A DNA stretch of 64,000 nucleotides, taken from assembly GCA_963799835.1 (NCBI GenBank), contig CAWCYE010000001.1, positions 96,024 to 160,023 of the forward strand, written 5' to 3'. Under the pieces are notes generated by a model. That model had not been told where the DNA came from. It saw only the letters and a list, made by a program, of their open reading frames with translations, and ran no database searches. Made by a program: the position numbers and the translations under genes. Below, piece by piece: positions 11,910 to 21,447 of this stretch. This stretch comes from an uncultured Solirubrobacterales bacterium (GTDB taxonomy: Bacteria; Actinomycetota; Thermoleophilia; Solirubrobacterales; 70-9). Position 1 is the first letter of the stretch, and every line of letters starts with the position of its first letter.

Positions 11910-12937
11910 GCGGCCGGCTCGAGCTGCGGCGGGGGACCGTCGTCTCCGAGCAGCCGCTCGTCGTCGAGGTCTCGGGGGAGCGCCGGCCGGCCTGGGCGGA
12001 CGAGGCGCTGGTGGGGGAGACGCGCGTCGGCGACGAGGTCGTGATCAACGTCGCCGCGCTCGACCTCGGGCTCGGCTCGGGCGGCTTCGACGTCGTCCAC
12101 GTCAACCTCAGCCGCGGCCTCGACGGCACCGCTCCGGGCGACGGGCCACATGTGATGAAGCTCAACTACAGCTCGCTCCAGCACCCGGTCGACCCGGTGG
12201 AGCGGGGGGTGGGGGCGGGTGAGGACGAGGCCGGCGTCGAGGCCACGCGCCGCGTGGTGCCCGTCGGGGTCCTGCCGCTGCACGGTCACCTGGCTCCGGC
12301 GGCCTGGGCCGCCGCGCAGGCCTCGCCGGGGATCGCGGTCGGCTACGTGCAGACCGGCGGCGGCGCGCTGCCGGGCTCGCTCTCGCGGGACGTCGCCCAG
12401 CTGCGGGAGCGCGGTCTGCTCTGCGGGCACGTCACCGCCGCCCCGGCCTACGGCGGCGAGCGGGAGGCGCTCAGCACCGCCGGCGCGCTCGACGCCGCCG
12501 CTACGGTGCTCGGCTGGGACGCGGTCCTGGTCGGCCCCGGCCCAGGGATGATCGGCTCCGAGACCGAGCTCGGCCACGGCGGCATGATCGCCCTCGACAG
12601 TGCCCACGCCGCCCTCTCCCTCGGCATGCCAACCCTGATCTCACCCCGCCTCTCCAGCTCCGACCCCCGCGACCGACACCGCGGCCTCAGCCACCACACC
12701 CGCACCATCCTCGACCTCTTGCTTACCCCGGTCGACATCGCGGTTCCGGAGGGCAACCCGGAGATCGCTGAGGCCATTGCCAGCGCCGGAGCCAATCACC
12801 AGCTCCGCGAAGCTCCGACCGATCTGGACGCCTACGCCGCTTCGGGCCTGCCGACGACGACTATGGGCCGGGAGCTTCCCGACGACCCGCTCTTCTTCGC
12901 TGCTCCGCTGGCAGCCGGACGGCTGCTCACCGGGTAG
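11906..12937 (+). CDS. DUF3866-like conserved protein
   Basis: The start overlaps the M20 stop. INVAALDLGLGSGGFDVVHVN resembles the DUF3866 signature as I recall it. Not verifiable here. Confidence 0.5.
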   Translation: MSGRLELRRGTVVSEQPLVVEVSGERRPAWADEALVGETRVGDEVVINVAALDLGLGSGGFDVVHVNLSRGLDGTAPGDGPHVMKLNYSSLQHPVDPVERGVGAGEDEAGVEATRRVVPVGVLPLHGHLAPAAWAAAQASPGIAVGYVQTGGGALPGSLSRDVAQLRERGLLCGHVTAAPAYGGEREALSTAGALDAAATVLGWDAVLVGPGPGMIGSETELGHGGMIALDSAHAALSLGMPTLISPRLSSSDPRDRHRGLSHHTRTILDLLLTPVDIAVPEGNPEIAEAIASAGANHQLREAPTDLDAYAASGLPTTTMGRELPDDPLFFAAPLAAGRLLTG

Positions 12938-12996
12938 CCGACCGCACGGTCCCTTGCGCGTCAAGGGTTGCCTCCCGCAAGGGAGAAGCATGCGTC

Positions 12997-13965
12997 GTGG
13001 CAGTCGCCGTCAAACCCGCTGTGCCGTCTGCCCCCGCGGGCTCCGCCGCCGACGCCCGCTTCTCCAGCCTCGTCCTCGACTTCCTCTCCTACCTCGAGCT
13101 GGAGCGAGGCCTCTCCCGCAACACCCTCAACGCCTACCGCACGGACCTGCTCCAGTACGGCGAGTACCTCTCGGTCCACGATCGCGATGCGCTGCTGGCC
13201 CGCCCGGCCGACGTCGCCGACTTCCTCGCCGAGCTGGCCACCGGGGAGGGCCGCCCGGCCTGCTCGGCCTCGACGATCCACCGCAAGGCCGCCTGCCTGC
13301 GCTCCTTCTACAAGCACCTGCGCCGCGACGAGCTGATCGGCGACGACCCGACCGCGGCGCTGAGCGCGCCGCGGCGCTCGAAGAAGCTGCCCAAGGTCCT
13401 CAACTACGCCGAGGTCCAGAAGCTCCTGGCCGCGCCGCGCGGGAGCGAGCCGACGACACTGCGCGACCGCGCGCTGCTGGAGGTGATGTACGCGTGCGGG
13501 CTGCGGGCCTCGGAGACGATCGGCCTCGAGCTGGCCGACATCGACACGACCGAGGGCTTCCTGCGCGCCCGCGGCAAGGGCTACAAGGAGCGCCTGGTCC
13601 CGCTTGGCCGCCAGGCGATCGCCGCGATCGCCGCCTACATGCGCGGCGGGCGGCCGAAGCTGGTCGGCGACCGCCACGAGGCGAAGCTGTTCGTCAACTT
13701 CCGCGGCGGCCCGCTGACCCGGCAGGGCCTCTACAAGATCGTCCAGCGCCATGCCCGCGACGCCGGGCTGGCCGGGAAGATGAGCCCGCACACGCTGCGC
13801 CACAGCTTCGCCACCCACCTGCTCGCCGGCGGCTGCGACCTGCGCGCCGTGCAGGAGATGCTCGGCCACGCCGATATCTCCACCACTCAGATGTACACGC
13901 ATCTCTCCGGCGACCGCCTCAAGGAGGTCTACTTCCAGGCGCACCCGCGGGCCAGCGAGGACTGA
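12997..13965 (+). CDS. xerD: Site-specific tyrosine recombinase XerD
   Basis: LELERGLSRNTLNAYRTDL, ARGKGYKERLVPLG and HTLRHSFATHLLAGGCDLRAVQEMLGHADISTTQMYTHL. Confidence 0.9.
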   Translation: MAVAVKPAVPSAPAGSAADARFSSLVLDFLSYLELERGLSRNTLNAYRTDLLQYGEYLSVHDRDALLARPADVADFLAELATGEGRPACSASTIHRKAACLRSFYKHLRRDELIGDDPTAALSAPRRSKKLPKVLNYAEVQKLLAAPRGSEPTTLRDRALLEVMYACGLRASETIGLELADIDTTEGFLRARGKGYKERLVPLGRQAIAAIAAYMRGGRPKLVGDRHEAKLFVNFRGGPLTRQGLYKIVQRHARDAGLAGKMSPHTLRHSFATHLLAGGCDLRAVQEMLGHADISTTQMYTHLSGDRLKEVYFQAHPRASED

Positions 13966-13982
13966 TTAGGTAGAACTCGGGG

Positions 13983-14897
13983 ATGCCCGAGCTGCCCGAG
14001 GTGGAGACGGTCGCCCGCCAGCTCGAGCCGGAGCTGGAAGGGCGGCGGATCGAGTCGCTGGAGGTGCTGGACGCTCGCTGGTCGCGCCCGGTCCCACCCG
14101 AGAAGCTGGGTGACGCGGTCAGCGGCGCCACGATCGAAGGGTTGGGACGACGCGGCAAGTACCTGCTCCTCGCCCTCGACGAGGCCCGCACCCTGGTCAT
14201 GCACCTGCGGATGACCGGCAACCTGATCCTGGTCGAGGGCGAGGAGATGCTCGACCCCTCCGAGGGCCGGCGGCTGTACGAGGGCGAGCGCTCGACCTCT
14301 GCCCGTCACCTGCGCGCCTGCTTCGTCCTCGACGACGGGCGCGAGGTTTGGTTCACCGACCCGCGCCGCTTCGGCGAGGCGTTCCTGATCGCCGACGCCG
14401 ATCTCGACCAGCGCTTCTCCCGATTGGGGGTCGAGCCGCTCTCGCCCGCGTTCACGCCCGAGGCGCTGGGCGCGATGGCCGCCGGTCGCACGGCGCCGCT
14501 GAAGTCGTTCCTGCTCGACCAGTCCGGCGTCGCCGGCGTCGGCAACATCTACGCCGACGAGGCGCTCTACCGGGCCCGGCTGCACCCGCTCTCCCCGGCC
14601 GGGTCGATGAAGCCCGAGCACCTGATCGCCCTGCGCGACGGCGTCGTCGCGGCGCTGGAGGCCGGAATCGACGGCGGCGGCGCCTCGATCGACGACTACC
14701 GCGACGGGCGCGGCGAGAGGGGGACGATGCAGGACGAGTTCCTGGTCCATACCCGCGAGGACGAGCCCTGCCCCTCCTGCGGCGGCGAGATCGGCCGCAT
14801 CGTCGTCAGCGGGCGCTCCACCTATTTCTGCCCCAGCTGCCAGGTCAAGCTGCGCCGCCGGCCGCGTCGTCGCCGTCCGGCCCGTCGGGCAACGTAG
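13983..14897 (+). CDS. mutM: Formamidopyrimidine-DNA glycosylase
   Basis: MPELPEVETV N-terminus, H2TH region, and C-terminal zinc finger CPSCGGEI...YFCPSCQ. Confidence 0.93.
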   Translation: MPELPEVETVARQLEPELEGRRIESLEVLDARWSRPVPPEKLGDAVSGATIEGLGRRGKYLLLALDEARTLVMHLRMTGNLILVEGEEMLDPSEGRRLYEGERSTSARHLRACFVLDDGREVWFTDPRRFGEAFLIADADLDQRFSRLGVEPLSPAFTPEALGAMAAGRTAPLKSFLLDQSGVAGVGNIYADEALYRARLHPLSPAGSMKPEHLIALRDGVVAALEAGIDGGGASIDDYRDGRGERGTMQDEFLVHTREDEPCPSCGGEIGRIVVSGRSTYFCPSCQVKLRRRPRRRRPARRAT

Positions 14898-14904
14898 ATC
14901 GGCC

Positions 14905-15630
14905 ATGCCGGGAACCACCGTCAAGACCGAGGCGATCGTCCTGCGCAGCATCCGCTACGGCGAGGCCGACCGCATCCTCCACCTCTACTCGAAGACCCGC
15001 GGCCGCCTCGGCGCGATCGCGAAGGGGGCACGCAAACCGAGGTCGCGCTTCGGTGGGCGGCTGGAGCCGTTCTTCCGCCTCGATCTCATCCTCCACGAAG
15101 GGCGGGGGGACTTGCTGACGGTGACCGGCGTCTCCACCGTCAACGGCTATCCGCGGCTGCGCTCCTCGGGCCCGGCGCTGGGCGCGGGCGCCCGCGCCTG
15201 CGACTCGGTGCTGCGGCTGCTCGACTCCGCCGAGCCCAACCCGCCCGCCTACAACCTGCTCTGCCGCTACCTCTCGCTGCTCGACGATCCCGCGCTGCCG
15301 GACGCCGCGGCGCTGGAGACGGCGCTCTCCTTCCGGCTCAAGCTGGCCCTGGTCGCCGGCTTCGCTCCGGAGCTGGCCTCCTGCGCCCGCTGCGGGGAGG
15401 GCGAGCACCTGACCGGCTTCTCCGGCGCCGCCGGCGGGGTCGTCTGCGCCGGCTGCGAGGCCGGGTCCTTCGAGCTCTCCGAGGCCGCCCACCGGTTCAT
15501 GGTCGAGGCGCTGGCGAAGCCCCTGGACGAGGCGCCGGCCGCCGAGCAGCGGGCGCTGCGCCAGGCGGAGCGGGCGGTGGGAGAGACGCTGGAGCACCAC
15601 GCGCACGTGCAATTGCGCGCCGCCGCCTAG
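14905..15630 (+). CDS. recO: DNA repair protein RecO
   Basis: TEAIVLRSIRYGEADRILHLYSKTRGRLGAIAKGARK plus the CxxC..CxxC zinc motif (CARCGEG...CAGC). Confidence 0.9.
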   Translation: MPGTTVKTEAIVLRSIRYGEADRILHLYSKTRGRLGAIAKGARKPRSRFGGRLEPFFRLDLILHEGRGDLLTVTGVSTVNGYPRLRSSGPALGAGARACDSVLRLLDSAEPNPPAYNLLCRYLSLLDDPALPDAAALETALSFRLKLALVAGFAPELASCARCGEGEHLTGFSGAAGGVVCAGCEAGSFELSEAAHRFMVEALAKPLDEAPAAEQRALRQAERAVGETLEHHAHVQLRAAA

Positions 15631-15732
15631 CCAGGCGCCTGCAAACCGGCGCATCTCGGCGTCCTCGGTCGCTTGTGTGCGGAGCACACGGCGCTCCCTG
15701 CGTCCTTGATCTGCTTGGTTTTCGGCGCCTGG
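15631..15732. repeat. Copy A of a roughly 100-nt structured intergenic repeat
   Basis: About 88% identical over the roughly 80-nt core to 44662-44758. It is closed by the 9-bp inverted repeat ccaggcgcc/ggcgcctgg plus aaacc/ggttt, with an internal hairpin gtgtgc-gga-gcacac. Confidence 0.75.
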
Positions 15733-15761
15733 CGTCGCCGGCGGCACCCTATGATCGGGCG

Positions 15762-16769
15762 GTGCCCGCCACCGCGACCTTCGAAGATCGGATCCAGGCC
15801 TGGGAGGTGGAATTTCTCTCTGAGCACGCAACGCGCTCCTATCCGGCACGGCGGCAGGTCGAGGAGCCCGACAGCCCGCTGCGGACGCCGTTCCAGCGCG
15901 ATCGCGACCGGATCGTCCACTCCAAGTCCTTCCGCCGCCTCAAGCACAAGACCCAGGTCTTCGTCGCCCCCGAAGGCGACCACTACCGCACCCGCCTCAC
16001 CCACACCCTGGAGGCCTGCGGGATCGCCCGCACGGTGGCCCGGGCGCTCGGGCTCAACGAGGACCTGACCGAGGCGATCGGGCTCGGCCACGATCTCGGC
16101 CACCCGCCCTTCGGCCATGCTGGCGAGGAGTCGCTCGACGCCGCCCTGCGCGAGGCCGGCGGCGCCGGTTTCCGGCATAACGAGCACTCGCTGCGGGTGG
16201 TCGACGTGCTCGAGCGCGAGGGGCGCGGCCTCAACCTGACCGAGCAGGTCCGCGACGGCATCCTCAACCACACCGGATCGAACCGGCCGGCGACGCTGGA
16301 GGGGCAGATCGTCAAGCTGGTCGACCGCGTCGCCTACATCAACCACGACATCGACGACGCGCTCCGGGCCGGGATCCTGGAGCCCGGCGACCTGCCGGCG
16401 GCGGAGATCGAGCTGCTCGGCCCGACCGGCTCGCAGCGGATCGACACCCTTGTCCGCGACATCGTCGAGGCCTCGGGGAGCGGCGAGATCGCCCAGAGCC
16501 CGGAGGTCGGCAAGGCGATGCTGCGGCTGCGCAAGTTCATGTTCGAACGCGTCTACCTGGGACCGGAGGCGCGGCGCGAGCACGACCGCGTCGAGCGCAC
16601 GATGCACGGCCTCTTCCGCCACTACATCGAACACCCCGACGAGCTGCCGCACCGGGACCCCGACGCGGACGAGCGCCAGCGCGTCGTCGACTACATCGCC
16701 GGGATGACCGACCGCTTCTGCATCGCCAAGTTCACCGAGCTGACGATCCCCGAAGAGGCGCGCTTCTGA
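15762..16769 (+). CDS. dgt: dGTPase-like HD-domain triphosphohydrolase
   Basis: PFQRDRDRIVHSKSFRRLKHKTQVF, RLTHTLE and GHDLGHPPFGH motifs. The start could also be the GTG at 15675. Confidence 0.85.
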   Translation: MPATATFEDRIQAWEVEFLSEHATRSYPARRQVEEPDSPLRTPFQRDRDRIVHSKSFRRLKHKTQVFVAPEGDHYRTRLTHTLEACGIARTVARALGLNEDLTEAIGLGHDLGHPPFGHAGEESLDAALREAGGAGFRHNEHSLRVVDVLEREGRGLNLTEQVRDGILNHTGSNRPATLEGQIVKLVDRVAYINHDIDDALRAGILEPGDLPAAEIELLGPTGSQRIDTLVRDIVEASGSGEIAQSPEVGKAMLRLRKFMFERVYLGPEARREHDRVERTMHGLFRHYIEHPDELPHRDPDADERQRVVDYIAGMTDRFCIAKFTELTIPEEARF

Positions 16770-18565
16770 TGGCGCTGATCTCCCCCGAGAGCCTGGAACG
16801 GGTCAAGCAGACCGCCGACATCGTCGAGGTGGTCTCCGCCCATACCGACCTGCGCCGCCAGGGCGCCCGCTGGGTCGGCCTCTGCCCCTTCCACGAGGAG
16901 CGCACGCCGTCGTTCTCAGTCGAGCCGCAGGAGAAGCTCTACCACTGCTTCGGCTGCGGGGTCGGCGGCGACGTGATCAAGTTCGTCGAGGAGAAGGAGG
17001 GGCTGGGCTTCGCCGAGGCGGTGGAGCTCTTGGCCGACCGCTACGGGGTCGAGCTGGAGCGCGAGCAGGAGGACCCGCGGGCCGAGGCCAAGCGCCAGCG
17101 CCGCCGCCACCTCGAGCAGCTCCTGGAACGGACCGCCGCCTTCTACGCCAGCTACCTCTGGGACTCCAAGGAGGCCGCCAAGGCACGCGAGTACCTCGCC
17201 GAGCGGGGTCTCGGCGAGGAGGTCCTGCGCGCCTTCGGCGTCGGCTACGCGCCGAGCGCCTGGGACCGGATCCTGCTCAGCGGCCAGCGGGCGGGGTTCG
17301 GGGTGGACGAGCTGCGCGGCGTCGGCCTGGTCCAGCGCGGGCGCGGCGGCGGCGAGTACGACCGCTTCCGCTCGCGGATCATGTTCCCGATCCGGGACCG
17401 TCGCGGCCGGGTGCTCGGCTTCGGCGGCCGGGCGATGCGCTCCGACCAGGGGGCGAAGTACGTGAACACCGCCGAGACCGACTTCTTCCACAAGAGCCAG
17501 ATGCTCTACGGCGTCGACCAGGCCAAGGCCGCGATCGCCAAGGCCGGCCGGGCGGTGGTGGTCGAGGGATACACCGACGTGCTGGCCCTCCACCAGGCGG
17601 GGATCGAGGAGGCGGTCGGCGTGATGGGGACGGCGATCACCGGCGAGCAGGTGGCGACCCTCTCGGGGATGGTCGACGAGGTGGCGTTGGCGCTCGATGC
17701 CGACTCCGCCGGGCAGGAGGCGATGCTGCGAGCCCAGCGGGTGGCCGCCGGGCGCAAGATGCGGTTGCGGGTGGCGGCGATGCCGGCGGGCGAGGACCCG
17801 GCTGAGATGATGGCCGAGGACGGCGGGGCCGAGCGCTTCCGCGAGCTGCTCGAGGCGGCGGTGGAGCTGAGCGCGTTCCAGGTCGGATTGGTGCTCGACG
17901 GCACCGACGTCGGCTCGCCGGCCGAGCGCGACCGGGCGCTGAACGAGGTCGCCCCGATCCTGGCCGGGATGGGGGAGACGGCGAGCCGCGACGACCTGAT
18001 CCGCCAGGTCGCCGACCGGCTCGACCTGGAGCCGGCGATGGTGATGGGCCGGGTGACTGCGGCGCGGCCGGCGAGCGGTGGGCGGGAGAGCGCGACGACC
18101 CCGCCGGCCGGCCATGAGGGATCTGCCCCGCCGGCGCCACGCCACGCGGCCGAGCTGACCTCGCGCGAGCGGCGCGAGCGGGCGCTGCTGGCGATGTGCA
18201 TCGCCGAACCGGCCGAGGGCCGCGAGCACCTGGCCCGGCTGACGGACGCCCACCTCTCGCCGACCGGCCTGCGCGCCGCCACCTGGCTGCGCGAGCATCC
18301 TGAGGATCCCGCCTCCGACCTGCCGCGCGACGATGCCGCGCTGGCGGGGCTGATCGCGGAACTGGTGATGCTCTCCCGTGAGGAGCCGGCCTCGCCCGAG
18401 TCGATGGAACTCAACTTCCTGCTGCTCGAGCAGCGCCGCCTCGAGGACGAGATCGCCGCCGCCGGCGAGCGCGACGACTACGAGCGCCGCGCTGCCCTCA
18501 GCCGCGAACGCGCCTCCCTGGTCGAGCGGATCGCCCACGCCACGCGCCCGGCCGCCAGCGGGTAG
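16769..18565 (+). CDS. dnaG: DNA primase
   Basis: Zinc finger CPFHEERTPSFSV..YHCFGCGVGGD and a TOPRIM region VVVEGYTDVLAL. Confidence 0.95.
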   Translation: MALISPESLERVKQTADIVEVVSAHTDLRRQGARWVGLCPFHEERTPSFSVEPQEKLYHCFGCGVGGDVIKFVEEKEGLGFAEAVELLADRYGVELEREQEDPRAEAKRQRRRHLEQLLERTAAFYASYLWDSKEAAKAREYLAERGLGEEVLRAFGVGYAPSAWDRILLSGQRAGFGVDELRGVGLVQRGRGGGEYDRFRSRIMFPIRDRRGRVLGFGGRAMRSDQGAKYVNTAETDFFHKSQMLYGVDQAKAAIAKAGRAVVVEGYTDVLALHQAGIEEAVGVMGTAITGEQVATLSGMVDEVALALDADSAGQEAMLRAQRVAAGRKMRLRVAAMPAGEDPAEMMAEDGGAERFRELLEAAVELSAFQVGLVLDGTDVGSPAERDRALNEVAPILAGMGETASRDDLIRQVADRLDLEPAMVMGRVTAARPASGGRESATTPPAGHEGSAPPAPRHAAELTSRERRERALLAMCIAEPAEGREHLARLTDAHLSPTGLRAATWLREHPEDPASDLPRDDAALAGLIAELVMLSREEPASPESMELNFLLLEQRRLEDEIAAAGERDDYERRAALSRERASLVERIAHATRPAASG

Positions 18566-18617
18566 AGCCGCTAAATTCCCTGGGCCGCCGCTGCGGCCCA
18601 GCATCGGGGCGGCGCGA

Positions 18618-18690
18618 TCCGGGGTAGCTCAATCGGCAGAGCATTCGACTGTTAATCGAAGGGTTGTGGGTTCGAGTCCCACCCCCGGAG
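18618..18690 (+). tRNA. tRNA-Asn (GTT)
   Basis: Hand-folded cloverleaf: acceptor tccgggg/ccccgga, anticodon loop ctGTTaa, T-arm gtggg-ttcgagt-cccac. Confidence 0.9.
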
Positions 18691-18724
18691 CTAGAGCCAG
18701 GCGTGATTCTGGCGAGATAGAAAA

Positions 18725-18750
18725 CATCGGTCACATTAGTTTGACCGATG
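18725..18750. promoter_or_regulatory. Perfect 9-bp inverted repeat (catcggtca-N8-tgaccgatg) upstream of the protease gene
   Basis: Read directly from the sequence. It lies 35 nt after tRNA-Asn and 69 nt before the protease ATG. It could be an operator or a terminator. Confidence 0.4.
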
Positions 18751-18818
18751 TGGCCGGATCCTTGAGCATCGCTTTGGCTGGACAGCCAGTTCAGTCACAG
18801 CTACTTAAGGAGAGAGAC

Positions 18819-20180
18819 ATGAAGACTCACAAGCTCGGCGGGGCTTGCGTCGTCGCGGTTCTGTTCGCGATGGCGCTCGCGGCATCCGCCCACGCCAACG
18901 CGCAGTCGTCGACTGCGCCAACGGTGCCGATGATCGTTGCGCCACCGTCCCTCGATCCGCTCACCAGCGCCGAGGTCACGGCGGTGGCGCAGACCGGAAT
19001 CCCCCTCCCGCAGGCAAAGAGAGCGATCATGGTGCAAAGCGCAGTTGAACGGGAGGCCCTCGTCAACGAGTTGGAGGCCGCCTTGGGCGACGCCTATGGC
19101 GGAGTCTGGTACGTGCCGGCGGCGGCCCAGCTGCACGTCGGCGTCACCTCGCAGAACGCGGCTCGGATCGCCGAGGCCGTTGCGGTGCGGGCGGGTCTCG
19201 GGTTGTACGTGGCCGAGATCCCGGTGGACTCGAGCGCGGCGGAACTGTCCACGGCACAGAAGGAACTGAATCGCCGCCTCGCCGACCTCTTGGCGCGCGA
19301 GGAAGTAGCGACGCGGGCTTCCGTGGAGGACAACACGGTCTACGTCGAACTCGGTTCGGCGGTGCCGGCGGGCGAACGAACCGCGCTCGAAGGCGAGGCG
19401 TCGGAAGCTTCGGTCGACGTGGTGGTGACCGTTGCGCCGGGTCCGAAGCTCGGAGTGGCGTTGCAGGCGCAGTGCCGGGCATTCAAACCCAGCAAAGCCA
19501 ACTGCGATCCGCAGATCGTGGGCGGTACGACGCTGGAGAACATAGTGGGGCCGGAATGCACGACCGGACCGGCGGTCGCCCAGCCGAAAGGATCGACAGA
19601 AATCTACGTCCTCACTGCTGGCCACTGCATCGTAGAAGCGAAAGAAAGCTTTTTCGCCGTCAATAAGGAAGGCACCAAAACAGAAGAAATCGGGAAAGTT
19701 GCTGCCTTTCTGAATCCAAAAGCCAAAAACAACGCCGACGTCGCAGCGATCAAGGTTGAAAACGCCTTCTGGAAGAAAGCCGGTGAAATTCCCGTTCCCC
19801 CGAAGATCGCGCAGTGGAGCGGAGCGGTGGAAACGGAACCCTTCAAAGTGAAAGGCGAAGCGGAACCGGTGGCGAAAGCCGCGACCTGCATCTCCGGACA
19901 GACGTCGGGCTTCCACTGCGGTGTGATCAAAGAAATCGGAATGACGTTTGGACTGCTGGAAGAACTCGTCGAAGTGGAAAAAACCAAAACCGAAGGAGGC
20001 GACAGCGGCGCCCCCTGGTTCTCCGAAAAAGAAAAACTGGTCCAAGGCACCCATGTCGGAGAAAACAAAGAAACCACGAACCCTGTCTTCCAGCCACTGT
20101 GGTGGTCTTTCCAACGGCTGAAAGAAGTCTCGGGACTGGAACTCGAGCTGCTGACCGAAAAAAACGAAAAACGAATGTGA
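18819..20180 (+). CDS. Secreted S1-family serine protease with an alpha-lytic-protease-type pro-domain
   Basis: AAGGAG RBS, then signal peptide MKTHKLGGACVVAVLFAMALAASAHA. The pro-region reads ALVNELEAALGDAYGGVWYVPAAAQLHVGVT. The catalytic triad contexts are TAGHC, NADVAAIKV and GGDSGAP. Confidence 0.85.
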   Translation: MKTHKLGGACVVAVLFAMALAASAHANAQSSTAPTVPMIVAPPSLDPLTSAEVTAVAQTGIPLPQAKRAIMVQSAVEREALVNELEAALGDAYGGVWYVPAAAQLHVGVTSQNAARIAEAVAVRAGLGLYVAEIPVDSSAAELSTAQKELNRRLADLLAREEVATRASVEDNTVYVELGSAVPAGERTALEGEASEASVDVVVTVAPGPKLGVALQAQCRAFKPSKANCDPQIVGGTTLENIVGPECTTGPAVAQPKGSTEIYVLTAGHCIVEAKESFFAVNKEGTKTEEIGKVAAFLNPKAKNNADVAAIKVENAFWKKAGEIPVPPKIAQWSGAVETEPFKVKGEAEPVAKAATCISGQTSGFHCGVIKEIGMTFGLLEELVEVEKTKTEGGDSGAPWFSEKEKLVQGTHVGENKETTNPVFQPLWWSFQRLKEVSGLELELLTEKNEKRM

Positions 20181-20199
20181 AAAGAAGCGAGTCTGAAAG

Positions 20200-21447
20200 C
20201 TAGGTGGCGGAGGCCGGGCCTTTAGCCCGGCCTCCGTCTTTCTCGGCGCGGGCCAGCTGCTCGACCAGCACCGCGCCGCGCTCGGCGCCGTCGTTCCTCT
20301 CTCCCCAGGCCGCGATCTCGGCCGCCTTGGCGGCGAAGGTCGGGTCTCCGAGCAGTCGGCGCGTCGCCCAGCGCAGCGGTCCTGGGCGGCAGAGACGCCA
20401 TGGCACCGAGAGCCCCGCGCTGGCCCAGGCGACCCGCATCGCGGTCTCGCTCATGTCGCCGGTGATCGGGCTGATCAGGACCGGGGTTCCCGCGCCGAGG
20501 GCGCGGGCGACGGTGCCGTGGCCGCCGTGGGAGATCACCAGGGACGCGGCGGGCATCAGCTGGCTGTAGCTGAGCCAGTCGACGAGGACGGCATTGGCGG
20601 GGACGTCGATCGGCTCCTGGGGAACGACCCGGTTGGTCGTCGCGACGACCCGCACCGGCTCATCCGCCAGCGCCTCCAAGGCGGCGCGGACGAGGTGGTT
20701 GCCGGAGTCGTGCGCGGTGCTCGGGGCGACCAGGACGAGCGGACGGTCTCCAGGCGGCAGCTCGATCTCCGGGTGCGGCACCTCGAAGGTCATCGGCCCG
20801 GTGACCTCGACCCCAGTCGGCCACTCCCTCGGGTACTCGAGCTGGGGGTAGGTGGCGACCAGGGCGAGGTCGGGGCTGATGCCACCGTGGAAGCGCTCGA
20901 TCGGGGGCAGGCCGAGGCGCTTGCGCTGCAGGTTGAGATCGCGACGGCCGTGCTCCAGGCCGATCCTGAGCGGCCGCTGCCCGGCGCGCCACACCGTTCG
21001 CCCGACCCCGGTGCGGGGCGCCTTCAGCCCCATCGCGAAGAACGGCAGCCCCGGCTCCACCACGGGGTAGATGTGGGGGATCAGAGTCGCGAGCGGGATG
21101 CCGGCGAGCTCGGCGGCCAGGGTGGGGGCGAGGGTGAGGATGTCGCTGACGACCGCGTCCGGGCGCATCTCCTCCAGTAGCGGCAGCAGCGCCCGTGCTG
21201 CCTCGGCCGCATGCTGGCCGTCGGCGGAGTCGGGGTCCGGTGGCGGGAACATCCGGTATTCCTCCGCCGCGGCGAAGCCGAGCCCGGCGCCCTCGACCGC
21301 CCCGCGCCGCTCCTCCCAGGTCTCGACGACCACCTCATGCCCCCGAGCCGCCAGGGCCCGCCCGAGGGCGATCGCGGGAAAGGCGTGACCGGCGTCGCCG
21401 AAGGCGGCGACAAGAACTCGCAGCGGCGCCGGCGCCGGGCCCGTCAG
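20200..21447 (-). CDS. GT1-family (UDP-glycosyltransferase/MGT-like) glycosyltransferase, start uncertain
   Basis: N-terminal RVLVAAFGDAGHAFPAIALGRAL and C-terminal HGGHGTVARALGAGTPVL motifs. The only canonical start upstream of the N-motif is the GTG at 21636, which would overlap the SDR gene by 193 nt. CTG codons at 21447 (CTGA overlap) and 21423 are more plausible. Confidence 0.7.
   Translation of the reverse strand: MTGPAPAPLRVLVAAFGDAGHAFPAIALGRALAARGHEVVVETWEERRGAVEGAGLGFAAAEEYRMFPPPDPDSADGQHAAEAARALLPLLEEMRPDAVVSDILTLAPTLAAELAGIPLATLIPHIYPVVEPGLPFFAMGLKAPRTGVGRTVWRAGQRPLRIGLEHGRRDLNLQRKRLGLPPIERFHGGISPDLALVATYPQLEYPREWPTGVEVTGPMTFEVPHPEIELPPGDRPLVLVAPSTAHDSGNHLVRAALEALADEPVRVVATTNRVVPQEPIDVPANAVLVDWLSYSQLMPAASLVISHGGHGTVARALGAGTPVLISPITGDMSETAMRVAWASAGLSVPWRLCRPGPLRWATRRLLGDPTFAAKAAEIAAWGERNDGAERGAVLVEQLARAEKDGGRAKGPASAT
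20209..20235 (+). terminator. 11-bp GC hairpin after the protease gene
   Basis: ggaggccgggc-cttta-gcccggcctcc followed by gtctttctc. It lies inside the 3' end of the convergent glycosyltransferase ORF. Confidence 0.5.
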
